In this document: positions 47,335 through 57,249 of the stretch, piece by piece
Numbering within the stretch: position 1 is the first letter of the stretch
How the letters are laid out: every line of letters begins with the position of its first letter
From: Nannocystales bacterium
GTDB taxonomy: Bacteria; Myxococcota_A; Polyangia; Nannocystales; Nannocystaceae
Length of the DNA: 64,000 nt
Assembly (NCBI GenBank): GCA_050633305.1
Contig: JBOEGF010000023.1
Span: forward strand, 1 to 64,000
Direction of reading: 5' to 3'
The notes under the pieces: generated by a model
Told to the model about the DNA's origin: nothing
Seen by the model: only the letters and a program-made list of their open reading frames with translations
The model's database searches: none
Made by a program: the position numbers and the translations under genes

Positions 47335-49470
47335 ATGGATTCGACTCCCACTCGACCTGCTTCTTCCGAGACCGCGGATTCATCCGAGCAACCGTCGCAC
47401 CCGCCCCCGCCATGGCGGCGCCCACTCCTGATCGTCACGGGCTTGTCGCTCCTCGCAGCGGGCGCGATCGCCAATGCGGATCGGCTCGGTTTACCTTGGC
47501 AGGTCCTCCCGGAGTCCGTGGAGGTCCAGCTTGCCGGGTCTTCGGCAGACTCGAAGGAGTCACCGTCCTCGCAGGATCAGCACGAAGAGCAGGAAGCTCA
47601 ACAGCATCGACACAAGGGCGAGGAAGGCAAGATGGGTCGGGCCTCCGCCAAGCACAAATCCGGGCTGTATGCGCTCAAGGGCCCGAAGAACTCGGCCCCC
47701 CAGATGGCCCGGAACCTCGACTCCGCGGCTCGGGCGAGCAACGCAGGCGTCCTCGGACAGATTCGACGCGACTCCGGTCACTTCCTCGCCTCGCCGTACT
47801 CAGCAGCCTTCGCCTTGGGAGACGATGATGGCGACGTCTGGGGTGGCCTCGCAAAGGCGGACCATGAGGGCAACTTCGGTCACGACCTCGTCGAGTTCAA
47901 CCCCTTCACGAAAACCCTCGCAGACCCCAAGTCGACCTTTTCCATCGACGTCGACACGGCCGCGTACGCGAATGTTCGAAGGCTCTTGTTCGGTGCGGGA
48001 CAGGCCCCGCCACCAAGCGTCATCCGAACCGAGGAGATGATCAACTACTTCGACTACGACTATGCCGAACCGACCGCGGACGTCCCCTTCTCGGTCAACA
48101 CCGAGGTCGCCCCCGCGCCTTGGGACGCTGCCCACCGCATCGTGCACATCGGGATCCAGGGCAAGACTGTCCATCCCGAGGAGATCCCCCCACGCAACCT
48201 CGTGTTTCTCATCGATGTATCCGGTTCGATGTCCACGCCAGGAAAGCTCGGACTGGTCAAACGGGGACTCTCCGCGTTGGCCGCTCAGATGAACGGACGT
48301 GATCGCATCTCGCTGGTCGTCTACGCGGGTGCCGCGGGCGCCGTGCTCCCGCCGACCTCCGGCGCGGATCACGAAAAGATCGATGAGGCACTGACCCGCC
48401 TCCGCTCTGGCGGCAGCACCAATGGAGCGGAGGGCATCCACCTCGCCTACAAGCTCGCGCGGCGATCGTTCATCAAAGGAGGCATCAACCGGGTGTTGCT
48501 GGCCACGGACGGCGACTTCAACGTGGGCACCACGGGGCATGACGCGCTGATGAGGCTGATCGAAGCCAAGCGAAAGACCGGGGTGTACCTGTCGGTGCTT
48601 GGCGTCGGAGGGAGCAACTTCAACGACCACATGATGGAGCAGCTCGCCGACAAGGGGAACGGGAACTACGCGTACCTCGATAGTGAACTCGAAGCACACA
48701 AGGTGCTGGTCGAAGAGTCAGGCGCGATGCTGCAGACGATCGCGAAGGACGTGAAGATCCAGGTCGAGTTCGACCCCGACCAGGTCGCATCACACCGACT
48801 CATCGGGTACGAAAACCGCCTCCTTGCGCACCAAGACTTCGACGACGACACCAAAGACGCCGGAGAAATCGGTGCGGGGCACACCGTCACCGCCCTCTAC
48901 GAGGTCATCCCAGCCAAAGGTGCGGATGCCGACCCCCTGATGACGCTGAGCCTTCGCTACAAGGAACCCGACGGCGAGCGGAGCCAACGGATCCGTGTCC
49001 CGGTTCGCGACGGGGGGCTCGACCTTGCGGACGCCTCCGACGACTATCGTTTCTCCGCAGCGGTCGCGATGTTGGGACAAAAGCTCCGAGGCCATGACGC
49101 CCAAGCCAAGACGACCTATGGCGACATCGTCGAGCTCGCATGGGGCTCGATGGGCGCCGACCCCTACTGCTACCGCCACCAGTTTGTGCAGCTCGCGGCC
49201 AAGGCGGGCGAAGTGCAGGGCGAGTTCATCAACGCTGAACTTCCACAGTGCCACACCACGTCACGCCTCCCCGTCTTCGCCCGCACCCACGACCCCGCCG
49301 AGACCCCTGCGGAAGAGGTGCTCGAAGCCGAGGTCGCTTGGCAGACCGACGAGGAGCCGTTCGACTGGGGCGCCCTTGTCGTCGAGGTCCTGCGACTGTT
49401 GCCGCCGCTGCTGGCTCTCCCCATCTTCGCCCTGGCCTTCTGGCGGCCTCGTCGCCGCCTACGAGCCTAG
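47335..49470 (+). CDS. YfbK-like VWA domain protein with N- and C-terminal membrane segments
   Basis: STFSIDVDTA.Y, EEMINYFDY, FLIDVSGSM, LATDGDFNVG, DAGEIGAGH.VTALYE. Confidence 0.93.
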   Translation: MDSTPTRPASSETADSSEQPSHPPPPWRRPLLIVTGLSLLAAGAIANADRLGLPWQVLPESVEVQLAGSSADSKESPSSQDQHEEQEAQQHRHKGEEGKMGRASAKHKSGLYALKGPKNSAPQMARNLDSAARASNAGVLGQIRRDSGHFLASPYSAAFALGDDDGDVWGGLAKADHEGNFGHDLVEFNPFTKTLADPKSTFSIDVDTAAYANVRRLLFGAGQAPPPSVIRTEEMINYFDYDYAEPTADVPFSVNTEVAPAPWDAAHRIVHIGIQGKTVHPEEIPPRNLVFLIDVSGSMSTPGKLGLVKRGLSALAAQMNGRDRISLVVYAGAAGAVLPPTSGADHEKIDEALTRLRSGGSTNGAEGIHLAYKLARRSFIKGGINRVLLATDGDFNVGTTGHDALMRLIEAKRKTGVYLSVLGVGGSNFNDHMMEQLADKGNGNYAYLDSELEAHKVLVEESGAMLQTIAKDVKIQVEFDPDQVASHRLIGYENRLLAHQDFDDDTKDAGEIGAGHTVTALYEVIPAKGADADPLMTLSLRYKEPDGERSQRIRVPVRDGGLDLADASDDYRFSAAVAMLGQKLRGHDAQAKTTYGDIVELAWGSMGADPYCYRHQFVQLAAKAGEVQGEFINAELPQCHTTSRLPVFARTHDPAETPAEEVLEAEVAWQTDEEPFDWGALVVEVLRLLPPLLALPIFALAFWRPRRRLRA

Positions 49471-49512
49471 GCACCCCGGGAAACGCTGGACACGAGCCAA
49501 TCGCAGATTGGT

Positions 49513-50985
49513 CTACGCGAAGCTCTTTGCAGCGTCGCGCACGATCTGGACGATCAGGTCGACCTCCTGCGAGGTCACCCCGAACTGCGGGGTGAAGCGC
49601 AGCGAGTTCGGCCCGCCGTGAATCACGTTGAGGCCGCGCTGCCGACATCTGCGTTCCAACCCATCCTCGGCGACCACAGGGATGGAAGCATCGACTTCGA
49701 TGCTCGCGAGCAACCCTGTACCTTGCGCCTTGCCGAACACGCCCGGCATCTCCGAACCGAGGGCCCCCAGCTTCTCGACCAGTTCGTCGCCTCGATCACG
49801 GATGTTGCGCCGAAGATCCTCATCGATGCCCTCGAGCACCGCGGTCGCGACGTCGAGCGCCCGCGGGTTGCTGGTCATCGTGTTGCCGTAGACACCCGGT
49901 GTGAACACGGCGGACGCACGCGGCCCCATGCCCACCACGCTCAGCGGGTACTGGCCGGCGTTGAGCGCCTTCGACCAGACTTCGATGTCCGGCACCGCCG
50001 CGTCGGAGAACTCGGGCGAGCTCATGTGGCTGAGGCAACCGTAGGTTCGTAGTCCGGCTTGGATGGCATCGACGATGAGGAACGCACCCGCCTCGGCTGT
50101 CGCCTTTCGAGCTGCGTCGTAGTACTCGCGCGTCACCGCCATCCCCGGGTTGCCCTCCCCCTGGACGGGCTCGATCGCGACCGCTTGGATGAACGCACCG
50201 CTCCGCTCCGCCTCTTCGAACACCGCCAGCAAAGCGGCGACATCGTTGAGCGGGACGACCTTGCGGTTGGTCCGCTCGCGGTACGAAGCGAGCTTGGCCG
50301 CGTACGAGGGCCGGGTGCTGTCGGAGATCCGTGCCGGCTGGTCCGTCCGTCCGTGAAACGACCCCTTCATCGAGACCGTCCATGCCGTGCGCCCCTCGTA
50401 GCGCCCACCGGGCTCGGTTAGACCGAACGCATTCATGTCGCAGAGTCTCAGGGCGAGGGCCATGCCTTCGGACCCAGAGTTCAGGCACGCAAAGCGCTCA
50501 AAAGGATTCGACCCACGACCGTAGGCACACTCGCAAGAGAGGGCCCCGATGAATCGTCGCTGTGCAAAGCCCGGGGTCATCACGTTGGCCATCACCTGCG
50601 GCGAGGCAAGGTGGGGTTCGACATGCTCGGGGTTGTGTCCGCCACCGAGCATGCCGTAGCCGCCGGTCTCGTAGAGCACGGCACCGTAGGCGGTGACGAC
50701 CCACGGACCCGCCGCGGCCAGCGCCACGAACGGGCTGATCGACTCCGGCGAGTAGAAGTTGGCGTAGCCCTGCTGAAGCGTTGCGGCGGCTTCGCCCTCC
50801 GGCGCTTTGACCAGGGCGCGCTCCTGTTCGCTCAGCCCGTTCCACGAGGACTCCGCCAAGGAAAGCGCGCGACGAAGCGACGCGTCATCCGCGAACGCGT
50901 CGATCCATCGGTCGGACATCCCGGCGGTGGTGGCGGGGCCCGAGGAGGTACGTAGGGTCTGGAGGATGGGGTGTTTCGAAGTCAA
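49513..50985 (-). CDS. Class III PLP aminotransferase
   Basis: NSGSEG, SFHGRT, EPVQGEG, DAIQAG, SKALN, GNTM. Confidence 0.9.
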   Translation of the reverse strand: MTSKHPILQTLRTSSGPATTAGMSDRWIDAFADDASLRRALSLAESSWNGLSEQERALVKAPEGEAAATLQQGYANFYSPESISPFVALAAAGPWVVTAYGAVLYETGGYGMLGGGHNPEHVEPHLASPQVMANVMTPGFAQRRFIGALSCECAYGRGSNPFERFACLNSGSEGMALALRLCDMNAFGLTEPGGRYEGRTAWTVSMKGSFHGRTDQPARISDSTRPSYAAKLASYRERTNRKVVPLNDVAALLAVFEEAERSGAFIQAVAIEPVQGEGNPGMAVTREYYDAARKATAEAGAFLIVDAIQAGLRTYGCLSHMSSPEFSDAAVPDIEVWSKALNAGQYPLSVVGMGPRASAVFTPGVYGNTMTSNPRALDVATAVLEGIDEDLRRNIRDRGDELVEKLGALGSEMPGVFGKAQGTGLLASIEVDASIPVVAEDGLERRCRQRGLNVIHGGPNSLRFTPQFGVTSQEVDLIVQIVRDAAKSFA

Positions 50986-51531
50986 CTCGACTCACTTTCA
51001 CGCTCTGCACGAAGCCAGCGAACCGCGCGGGTCTGCCGGTTTGGCGCGGCCACGGTGTCCTGGCACATCTTGGCCACGCTCGCTTCTTGTAGCTCATGGG
51101 AAACATCTGGGGAAGACGTGAAACCCGTCCGTCGCGGGCCTGTCGAGGCGTACGAGCTGTCCCCACGGGACAAACGGCGTCCGCGAGTTGGTGTCACTGC
51201 AATGTCACTCCGTCGGGGTCGGCAAACCGACGCTCGAGTCGAACCGCGGGGCCGCTCTTCCAGAACATCGGTGGGCTTGGAGACCGCGCATGAGGTCGGA
51301 TTCGCCCCGGCCTTCTTCACGACAAGAACGCCCCGCCGCGATCGTGGATTCATCGACCGGTTTCAAGACTGACTTCGAGCTCGGGTCACCGGTTGTCGGG
51401 CGTCCGTCGCTCCGTTCTGACACCGGCACCGGACCGCCGAATGAGACACCGCGGCGACACCCGAGTGGGCTTGGCAGGCGCCGCGGGGTGTGCGCTCGAC
51501 CTTCCCCTGCGAGCCCGACGAAACCTGCCGC

Positions 51532-51852
51532 TCAACTCACATCGGCCAGTGCTTCCTTCATCCCGTCGACGAGAAGTCTGACCCGCTTCGGGACCCGGTT
51601 CCGCGACGGCATCGACACGAAGATGTCTGCGGACCGAATCCGTCGTTCGGGGAACAGCTCCACCAGCCCCCTCCGAAGCTCCCCCTCGAGCCCCGCTCTG
51701 GGAAGGAGTGCGAGCCCGGCCCCAGCGCGCACCAGTCCGAGCGTCGCGGCGCCACTTTGCCCAAGCCGCGGGCCGCGACCACCAGAGCTGGGAGGATTTT
51801 TTCGCCGCACTGGCGCAGCAGCGGGCGACCTCGCCGTCTCTCTGCGCCGGTG
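51532..51852 (-). pseudogene. LysR-family remnant
   Basis: C-terminal VRAGAGLALLP...LVELFP...PSRNRVPKRVRLLVD; upstream out-of-frame GRPLLRQCGEKILPAL resembles the LysR linker helix; no HTH. Confidence 0.65.
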
Positions 51853-51854
51853 GC

Positions 51855-52955
51855 TCAGCCCTCAGGCAACACCAACGGAGCGCAGGTGGAGACGCCCGCG
51901 CCGACAACACCCGGCGCGCCATCTTCGACGACCAGCGTGGTCGATCGAGTCTCCGGGTCGTGGTCGAACACCTGGGTCGGACCGAAGTCGAGGGATGTGA
52001 ACACCCAAATGTGTCCGCCCCAGTATGCGAACGCAAATCCACCAGGCTCGATGCCAAACGCGTCGACGCCGGGAAGGTCCAGCATCGACAGGCCGGTGGC
52101 GTCGGCCTTGTCGATTTCGAACAGTCGGACGGTCGGGAAGCACGGCGCCTTGGCCGTGCAGTCATGATCCCACGGCCCGGTGTAGTTCATGATCAACCCA
52201 AACATCCGACCGTCGCCGCTGCCAGTGAGCTCAACCCCCGAGTACCCCGACACCGGCGGCGTGAACCGGCCGATGCTCTCGAGACTGCCCAGCGTGTGAA
52301 TGTGTGTCGCCGTGTCTGCGAAGTAGAGGGTCTCGTTCCCACTCTCCTGACCATCGGCGACAAACGCCATGCCCAGAGGCGAGCCCCAGTTGTCCGTCGT
52401 CGGAAGCTGGCCAACGTCGGTCTCGCAAGCCCCGGTGTCGAGGTCGATACGGTCGAGCCGTTTGTAGGCCGGATCCTCCGCGCCATCGGCCAACGCACTC
52501 CAGGTGATCCATGCACCGCGCTCCCGGTCGACGGCCATCGAGGACGCCCCCCAGTCAGCCTCGGTGCCCTCGCATTCGATGGCGGCCACGACAGGTGTAA
52601 ACGTCAGAGTCTGGGGATCGAATGCCTGGATCGACGTGGCGTTCCCGGTCTCCAAGCCTCGTGTGAGCAGGTAGATGGGGTTTTCCTCGGGCTCGCCGCA
52701 AACCTCGACGGAGCCTGTTCCGTTGCCCAAGTCGAAGATCGCACCCCCACCCGACCCGGTCGTCGAGTCTGAGCCCGGAGTCGAGGTCGCGCTCGCGCTC
52801 ACCGAGTCGGCGGTCGACCCAGTCGTGCCCTCGCCGACCGTGGACCCGTTGGAGCCGTCCGTACCGGTCTGAAACGAGCCTGAGTCCGAGCCTTCTTCGT
52901 TGCAACCGGAGAGAAGCAGGACCGCAAGACTGGAGGCGAGAACCGGGAGCCGCAC
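51855..52955 (-). CDS. Lipoprotein with beta-propeller-like domain
   Basis: LLSGC lipobox; S/T/G stalk; SMAVDR, GMAF, ELTG.GDGR.FG, FAFAYWGG, VGAGVSTCAP. Confidence 0.85.
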   Translation of the reverse strand: MRLPVLASSLAVLLLSGCNEEGSDSGSFQTGTDGSNGSTVGEGTTGSTADSVSASATSTPGSDSTTGSGGGAIFDLGNGTGSVEVCGEPEENPIYLLTRGLETGNATSIQAFDPQTLTFTPVVAAIECEGTEADWGASSMAVDRERGAWITWSALADGAEDPAYKRLDRIDLDTGACETDVGQLPTTDNWGSPLGMAFVADGQESGNETLYFADTATHIHTLGSLESIGRFTPPVSGYSGVELTGSGDGRMFGLIMNYTGPWDHDCTAKAPCFPTVRLFEIDKADATGLSMLDLPGVDAFGIEPGGFAFAYWGGHIWVFTSLDFGPTQVFDHDPETRSTTLVVEDGAPGVVGAGVSTCAPLVLPEG

Positions 52956-53153
52956 GGCGCGAGCGTATCGACTCCTGGCCGGTCCCCACGGTGAAGGACC
53001 GACGTAACGGCGTGGTGATGCCCGGGGCGCCGGTCCCCCAGCGACAGCCCCCATCCTGTCCCGGGCGCCTCCGTGCCAGCTTGGTCGACGAAATCCTGAA
53101 AACCCGTGATCCGCGGGACTCCCGACGCGTACCTCATCGCAAGGGACCACGGT

Positions 53154-54242
53154 TTGGCCAACGGCATCTCGAAATCACACAGTTTTTCCCGGAGGGTGGG
53201 CGCCCCCCTGCTCTTCGGGTCCACCCTGCTTGCCACAGCGGCCTGCAGCGAAGCCCCGCGCGCAGCCGCGCCCGACACCATGGGCGGTACCGGCTCCGCC
53301 GCGACCCACACCTCGGAGGACCCCAGCGGACCCAACACGAGCCGTCCCACGACAGGTGGCTCCGAGACGGGTTCGTCATCGGGCGAGCACAACGACGAGG
53401 GGCCCAAGCTGGACGTCTCCATCCCGGACACGGGAGAGGACCCGTCGAGCACCGGATGTACCGCCGTCGACATCCTGATGGTGATCGATAACTCGGGCTC
53501 GATGTGTTCGTACCAGTCGAACCTCGCCCAGACACTCCCTGACTTTGCCGACGCGATCTTCGCCGCGCTCCCGCCTGACACAAGCATCCACCTGGGAATC
53601 ACCACCACATCGTTCTCGAGCGGTGGCACCCATCAGGAAGAGAACTGCAGTTCCGTCCAAGGCGCGGCGGAGATCGCCGACGCGTACATCCCCCCAGCGG
53701 ACGGCATGGTCCAGGGCAACGGCTACCAAGGACGGCTGCTCGAGTACGAGGGGCAACGTTACTTCGAAGCGAACACCGGCGACCCGTCCTCTCGTCTTCC
53801 GATGATGGAGTGGTTCTCCAACGCCGCGTTCAGCGTCAACTGCAACGGCGGCGCGTTCGAGTTCCCGACGGCCGCGGCCGCCTATGCGCTCGACCCTGTC
53901 AACGCGGCGACGAACGACGGTTTTCTGCGGGATGAGGGGGCGGTCCTGGCCATGTTCGTGCTCAGCGATGAGGTCGATCAGTCGCCCGAAGGGCTCGAGG
54001 CGTACCGCGACACCGTCTTGGCCGCCAAGTCTGCGTGCGGAGGCGCGGACTGCATCTCGACCGCCGGGCTGCTCTCGGACGGTTGTGTTCCGAGCGAGCC
54101 CCTGGTCTGGCAGTTCCTCAACGCGTTCGGCGGGGCGCCGGCGTGGGGAGACATCGCCGACCCCAGCGTCTACGCGAGCGTGGTGAACGACGCCCTGACC
54201 GAAGTCATCACCCAAACCTGCGACCTGATTCCTGCGGGCTGA
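53154..54242 (+). CDS. Lipoprotein with VWA-like domain
   Basis: TAAC lipobox; VDILMVIDNSGSM (MIDAS); GFLRDE.A; LSDE.DQS; start uncertain. Confidence 0.85.
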   Translation: MANGISKSHSFSRRVGAPLLFGSTLLATAACSEAPRAAAPDTMGGTGSAATHTSEDPSGPNTSRPTTGGSETGSSSGEHNDEGPKLDVSIPDTGEDPSSTGCTAVDILMVIDNSGSMCSYQSNLAQTLPDFADAIFAALPPDTSIHLGITTTSFSSGGTHQEENCSSVQGAAEIADAYIPPADGMVQGNGYQGRLLEYEGQRYFEANTGDPSSRLPMMEWFSNAAFSVNCNGGAFEFPTAAAAYALDPVNAATNDGFLRDEGAVLAMFVLSDEVDQSPEGLEAYRDTVLAAKSACGGADCISTAGLLSDGCVPSEPLVWQFLNAFGGAPAWGDIADPSVYASVVNDALTEVITQTCDLIPAG

Positions 54243-54245
54243 CCC

Positions 54246-54932
54246 ATGCCACACCTGATCAACACCATCGTAGGGCTTTGCATCGCCGGCATGGGCCTGA
54301 GCGCTTGTTCCGCGACGGCTTCGGACGGCGGCGCCGGGTTTGGCTCGGCCACAGACACCGCGGCGTCTCCCCCGGCCCACGCCGCCGGAAGCTCGTCAGG
54401 CGACAGCCCGAGCTCCACGGGAGCCCTCGCCGACGGAAGTTCGAGCACCCGCGGCTCGGACCCGGACGTCACAACCGATACAACCGGAGGGCACAGCACG
54501 GGTTCCCTGCCCACGAGTCCGGGATCGACCGGCACCCAGACCGACAGTTCGGGAGGAGACAGCGCCGGGGACCTTTGTGGGAGCGATGCGATGGGCGTCG
54601 GCGGGTGTCCACCGGAGTGCACTGGAGGTTGCGACGATGGCCGGTGCCACGTCGACTGCGGCGGACCGGGAGGTTGCTCCAACGAGACGGTCGACTGCCC
54701 GCCGGGCTGGCCGTGCCAGATCGACTGTGCCGGTGGCGGTAGTTGCAGCGGAACACAGATCAACTGCGCCGCGGAGCTGTGCGAGCTGCAATGCACCGGC
54801 AACGGAAGCTGCAGCTCTCCAACGCTCCACTGTGGCGCGGGGTGGTGCGAGGCGGTTTGCGCAGCACCCGGTGCGGGCTCGGTGAACGTCTCGTGCGGCG
54901 ACGCGTGTATTTGCCTCGAACTGTGCCACTGA
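54246..54932 (+). CDS. Cys-rich repeat lipoprotein
   Basis: LSAC lipobox; S/T/G stalk; tandem 22-23 aa repeats with four Cys each. Confidence 0.8.
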   Translation: MPHLINTIVGLCIAGMGLSACSATASDGGAGFGSATDTAASPPAHAAGSSSGDSPSSTGALADGSSSTRGSDPDVTTDTTGGHSTGSLPTSPGSTGTQTDSSGGDSAGDLCGSDAMGVGGCPPECTGGCDDGRCHVDCGGPGGCSNETVDCPPGWPCQIDCAGGGSCSGTQINCAAELCELQCTGNGSCSSPTLHCGAGWCEAVCAAPGAGSVNVSCGDACICLELCH

Positions 54933-54999
54933 CGCGCTCGACTGAGCACCTGCATCCAGGCTGACCCGGTCTGCACCCACGTGCTGGTAAGATCCAGCT

Positions 55000-57249
55000 G
55001 TGGGTGTCGACGAGGCGGGCCCGGAGCCCAAAGGACTCCAGCGCGGAGCCGCACCTGCACTGTCCATCGAGGACCACCAGATCCTCAACGAGGTCCGGGC
55101 CTCGCTCTTCTCCCGTCCCTCGCCCACGCTGACCGTCGGGCGCTACACGATCGGGGAACCGTTGGGTCGGGGCGGTTGCGGCGTGGTGTTTCGAGCACGC
55201 GACCCGTCGCTCGACCGCGACGTGGCGATCAAGTTCGTCCGAACCCCGCTGCCCAGCGCCGGGACTTCAGCTCGAACCCGGATGCGTGCCGAAGCCCGCG
55301 CGCTGGCTCGATTGGAACACCCAAACGTCGTCTCGGTCTTCGACGTTGGGATGTACGACCAGCGCGACCATCCCGGGGTCGGCGCTCTGGGCCCAGACGT
55401 CCCGGGGGCGGGGCTGTTCCTCACGATGGAGCTCGTCCATGGCGTCACGCTTCGCGAGTGGCTGACCCACCCGCGCGATGCGGAGGAGATCCTCGCGCTG
55501 TTCCGCCAGTGCGCCCTCGGGTTGGCGGCCGCCCATGAAGCGGGTCTGGTTCACAGAGACTTCAAACCCGCGAACGTATTGGTCACCGGATCCGGGACCC
55601 CCAAGGTCTTGGACTTCGGACTGGCAACGGTGGCCCCGCGCACGGACTTCAACTGGTCCGACGTCGACACGACCCACGCGGGCGGAGAACCTCGCAAAAC
55701 TGGCAAGGGCCAGGGCACCCCGTGGACCATGGCCCCGGAGCAGTACGACGGCATCCGCTGCGACGCCCGCACCGATCAGTACGCGCTGGCGTTCTGCCTA
55801 CACGAGGCGTTGTTCGGGCGGACACAGGTCTCGGGCATCACGGCCCTGATCGCGCTCAAGCGTTCGGGCCAGCTTCCGCAGAGTTCTCCACGCTCAGCGC
55901 CACGCTGGCTCACCCGAGCGTTGTCTCGGGCTCTGGACCCTTCGCCGCACAAGAGGTTTCCAACGATGCGAGCGTGGCTCCTTGCGACCGACCCGGACAC
56001 CGCACGTCGCGGACGAAGCCGCTTGCTCGCCACGGGGGTGGTCGCATCCGGATGCGTGGGTTTGTTGTTGTCGGTCCCGACCACCACGGCACCTCCATCC
56101 ATCACCGAGAGCCCAGCAACCCCGGTAGGCTTCGCCCCTCCCGCATCCCTCCCGGAACCGGTCGCGCCGGGGTTCGCGGCGTTGGATCGGGGCGACTGGA
56201 AACGGGCCCGCGAGATCTGTCGCCCCCACCTCGGCCTCGGCGGAGAGGTTGGGGCCGCGGCCCAGCTTTGCACCGCCGAGGCCGACGGCGAAGCTGGGGC
56301 AGTGGACCGTTCGGCAGCGTCCTCCGAGCGCGCATACTGGCTCGCCCTGGACGCAGAACGCCCCTACCTCGCGGCCCGGGCGGCAGTTGGCGCCGCCCTT
56401 CAACACACCCGCGGAACACGGCGCGATGATGCGCGACGTTGGATCGGCCACGCGAAGTCCACGTTGGGGAGGAGCCAAGCGGACCCTGAAGCTCTTGCGG
56501 CAGACCTGCAGATCGTTCAGGCCTCGATCATCAGCAGCGAGCGCACGCCTGAAGAAGCGGTCCCCGAGTACCAAGCTGCGTACCAAACGCTCCTGCAGGT
56601 CCTCGGGCCCTCGCACCGCAGGACACTGCGCGCGGACTTGCTCGCTGGCAACGCGCTGGAAAATGCGAACCAGTACGACGCTGCGCTCCTGCAGCAGAAC
56701 CGAGCACTCGCGGGGTTTCGGTCGCTGCACGGAGACCGCCCGCACCTCAGTGTTGCGCGCGCACTCAACGATCGGGCGACGACCCTTTTCGACGTCGACC
56801 GACTCGACGACGCGATCGTCGACCTCCAGGAGGGCCTATCGATGGCCGAGGACTCTGGTGAAAGCCGCCACCCGACGGCCGGCATGCTTCACCACAACCT
56901 GGGGTACGCGCTGAACCTCAAGGGTCGCTACGAAGAGGCGCTTGCCCACTACGAGGACGCGATCGAGATCCGCGAAGAAGCCTTGGGGCCGCACCACCTC
57001 AAGGTGCTCAAGGGAATGGGGAACCAGGCGAACTCCCTGCTGAAACTCGGGAGGCTGGACGAAGCCGAACAGCTCGCGGAAGCTACGCTCACCCGCTACG
57101 AAGAACGCGGGGTACACCGGCTGATGCGAGGCGTGGTGCGAATCCTTGGGGAGATCGCCCAGGCGCGTGGGGACACAGCTGGCGAAGCCCACGCTCGTGA
57201 GCGGCTCGCGAAACTCGACAAACAACTCGCCAGCAAAGGCTTGCGATGA
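55000..57249 (+). CDS. Hanks-type Ser/Thr kinase with TM segment and TPR repeats
   Basis: LGRGGCG.V, VAIK, HRDFKPAN, DFG, GTP..MAPE; TPR repeats HNLG/NQA. Confidence 0.95.
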   Translation: MGVDEAGPEPKGLQRGAAPALSIEDHQILNEVRASLFSRPSPTLTVGRYTIGEPLGRGGCGVVFRARDPSLDRDVAIKFVRTPLPSAGTSARTRMRAEARALARLEHPNVVSVFDVGMYDQRDHPGVGALGPDVPGAGLFLTMELVHGVTLREWLTHPRDAEEILALFRQCALGLAAAHEAGLVHRDFKPANVLVTGSGTPKVLDFGLATVAPRTDFNWSDVDTTHAGGEPRKTGKGQGTPWTMAPEQYDGIRCDARTDQYALAFCLHEALFGRTQVSGITALIALKRSGQLPQSSPRSAPRWLTRALSRALDPSPHKRFPTMRAWLLATDPDTARRGRSRLLATGVVASGCVGLLLSVPTTTAPPSITESPATPVGFAPPASLPEPVAPGFAALDRGDWKRAREICRPHLGLGGEVGAAAQLCTAEADGEAGAVDRSAASSERAYWLALDAERPYLAARAAVGAALQHTRGTRRDDARRWIGHAKSTLGRSQADPEALAADLQIVQASIISSERTPEEAVPEYQAAYQTLLQVLGPSHRRTLRADLLAGNALENANQYDAALLQQNRALAGFRSLHGDRPHLSVARALNDRATTLFDVDRLDDAIVDLQEGLSMAEDSGESRHPTAGMLHHNLGYALNLKGRYEEALAHYEDAIEIREEALGPHHLKVLKGMGNQANSLLKLGRLDEAEQLAEATLTRYEERGVHRLMRGVVRILGEIAQARGDTAGEAHARERLAKLDKQLASKGLR

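Noticed and set aside
51061..51075. Sigma54 promoter TGGCAC...TGGC
   Set aside because: GG-to-GC spacing is 9 nt rather than the required 10
50986..51180. Lysine or other amino-acid riboswitch upstream of the aminotransferase
   Set aside because: No recognisable conserved core and no terminator
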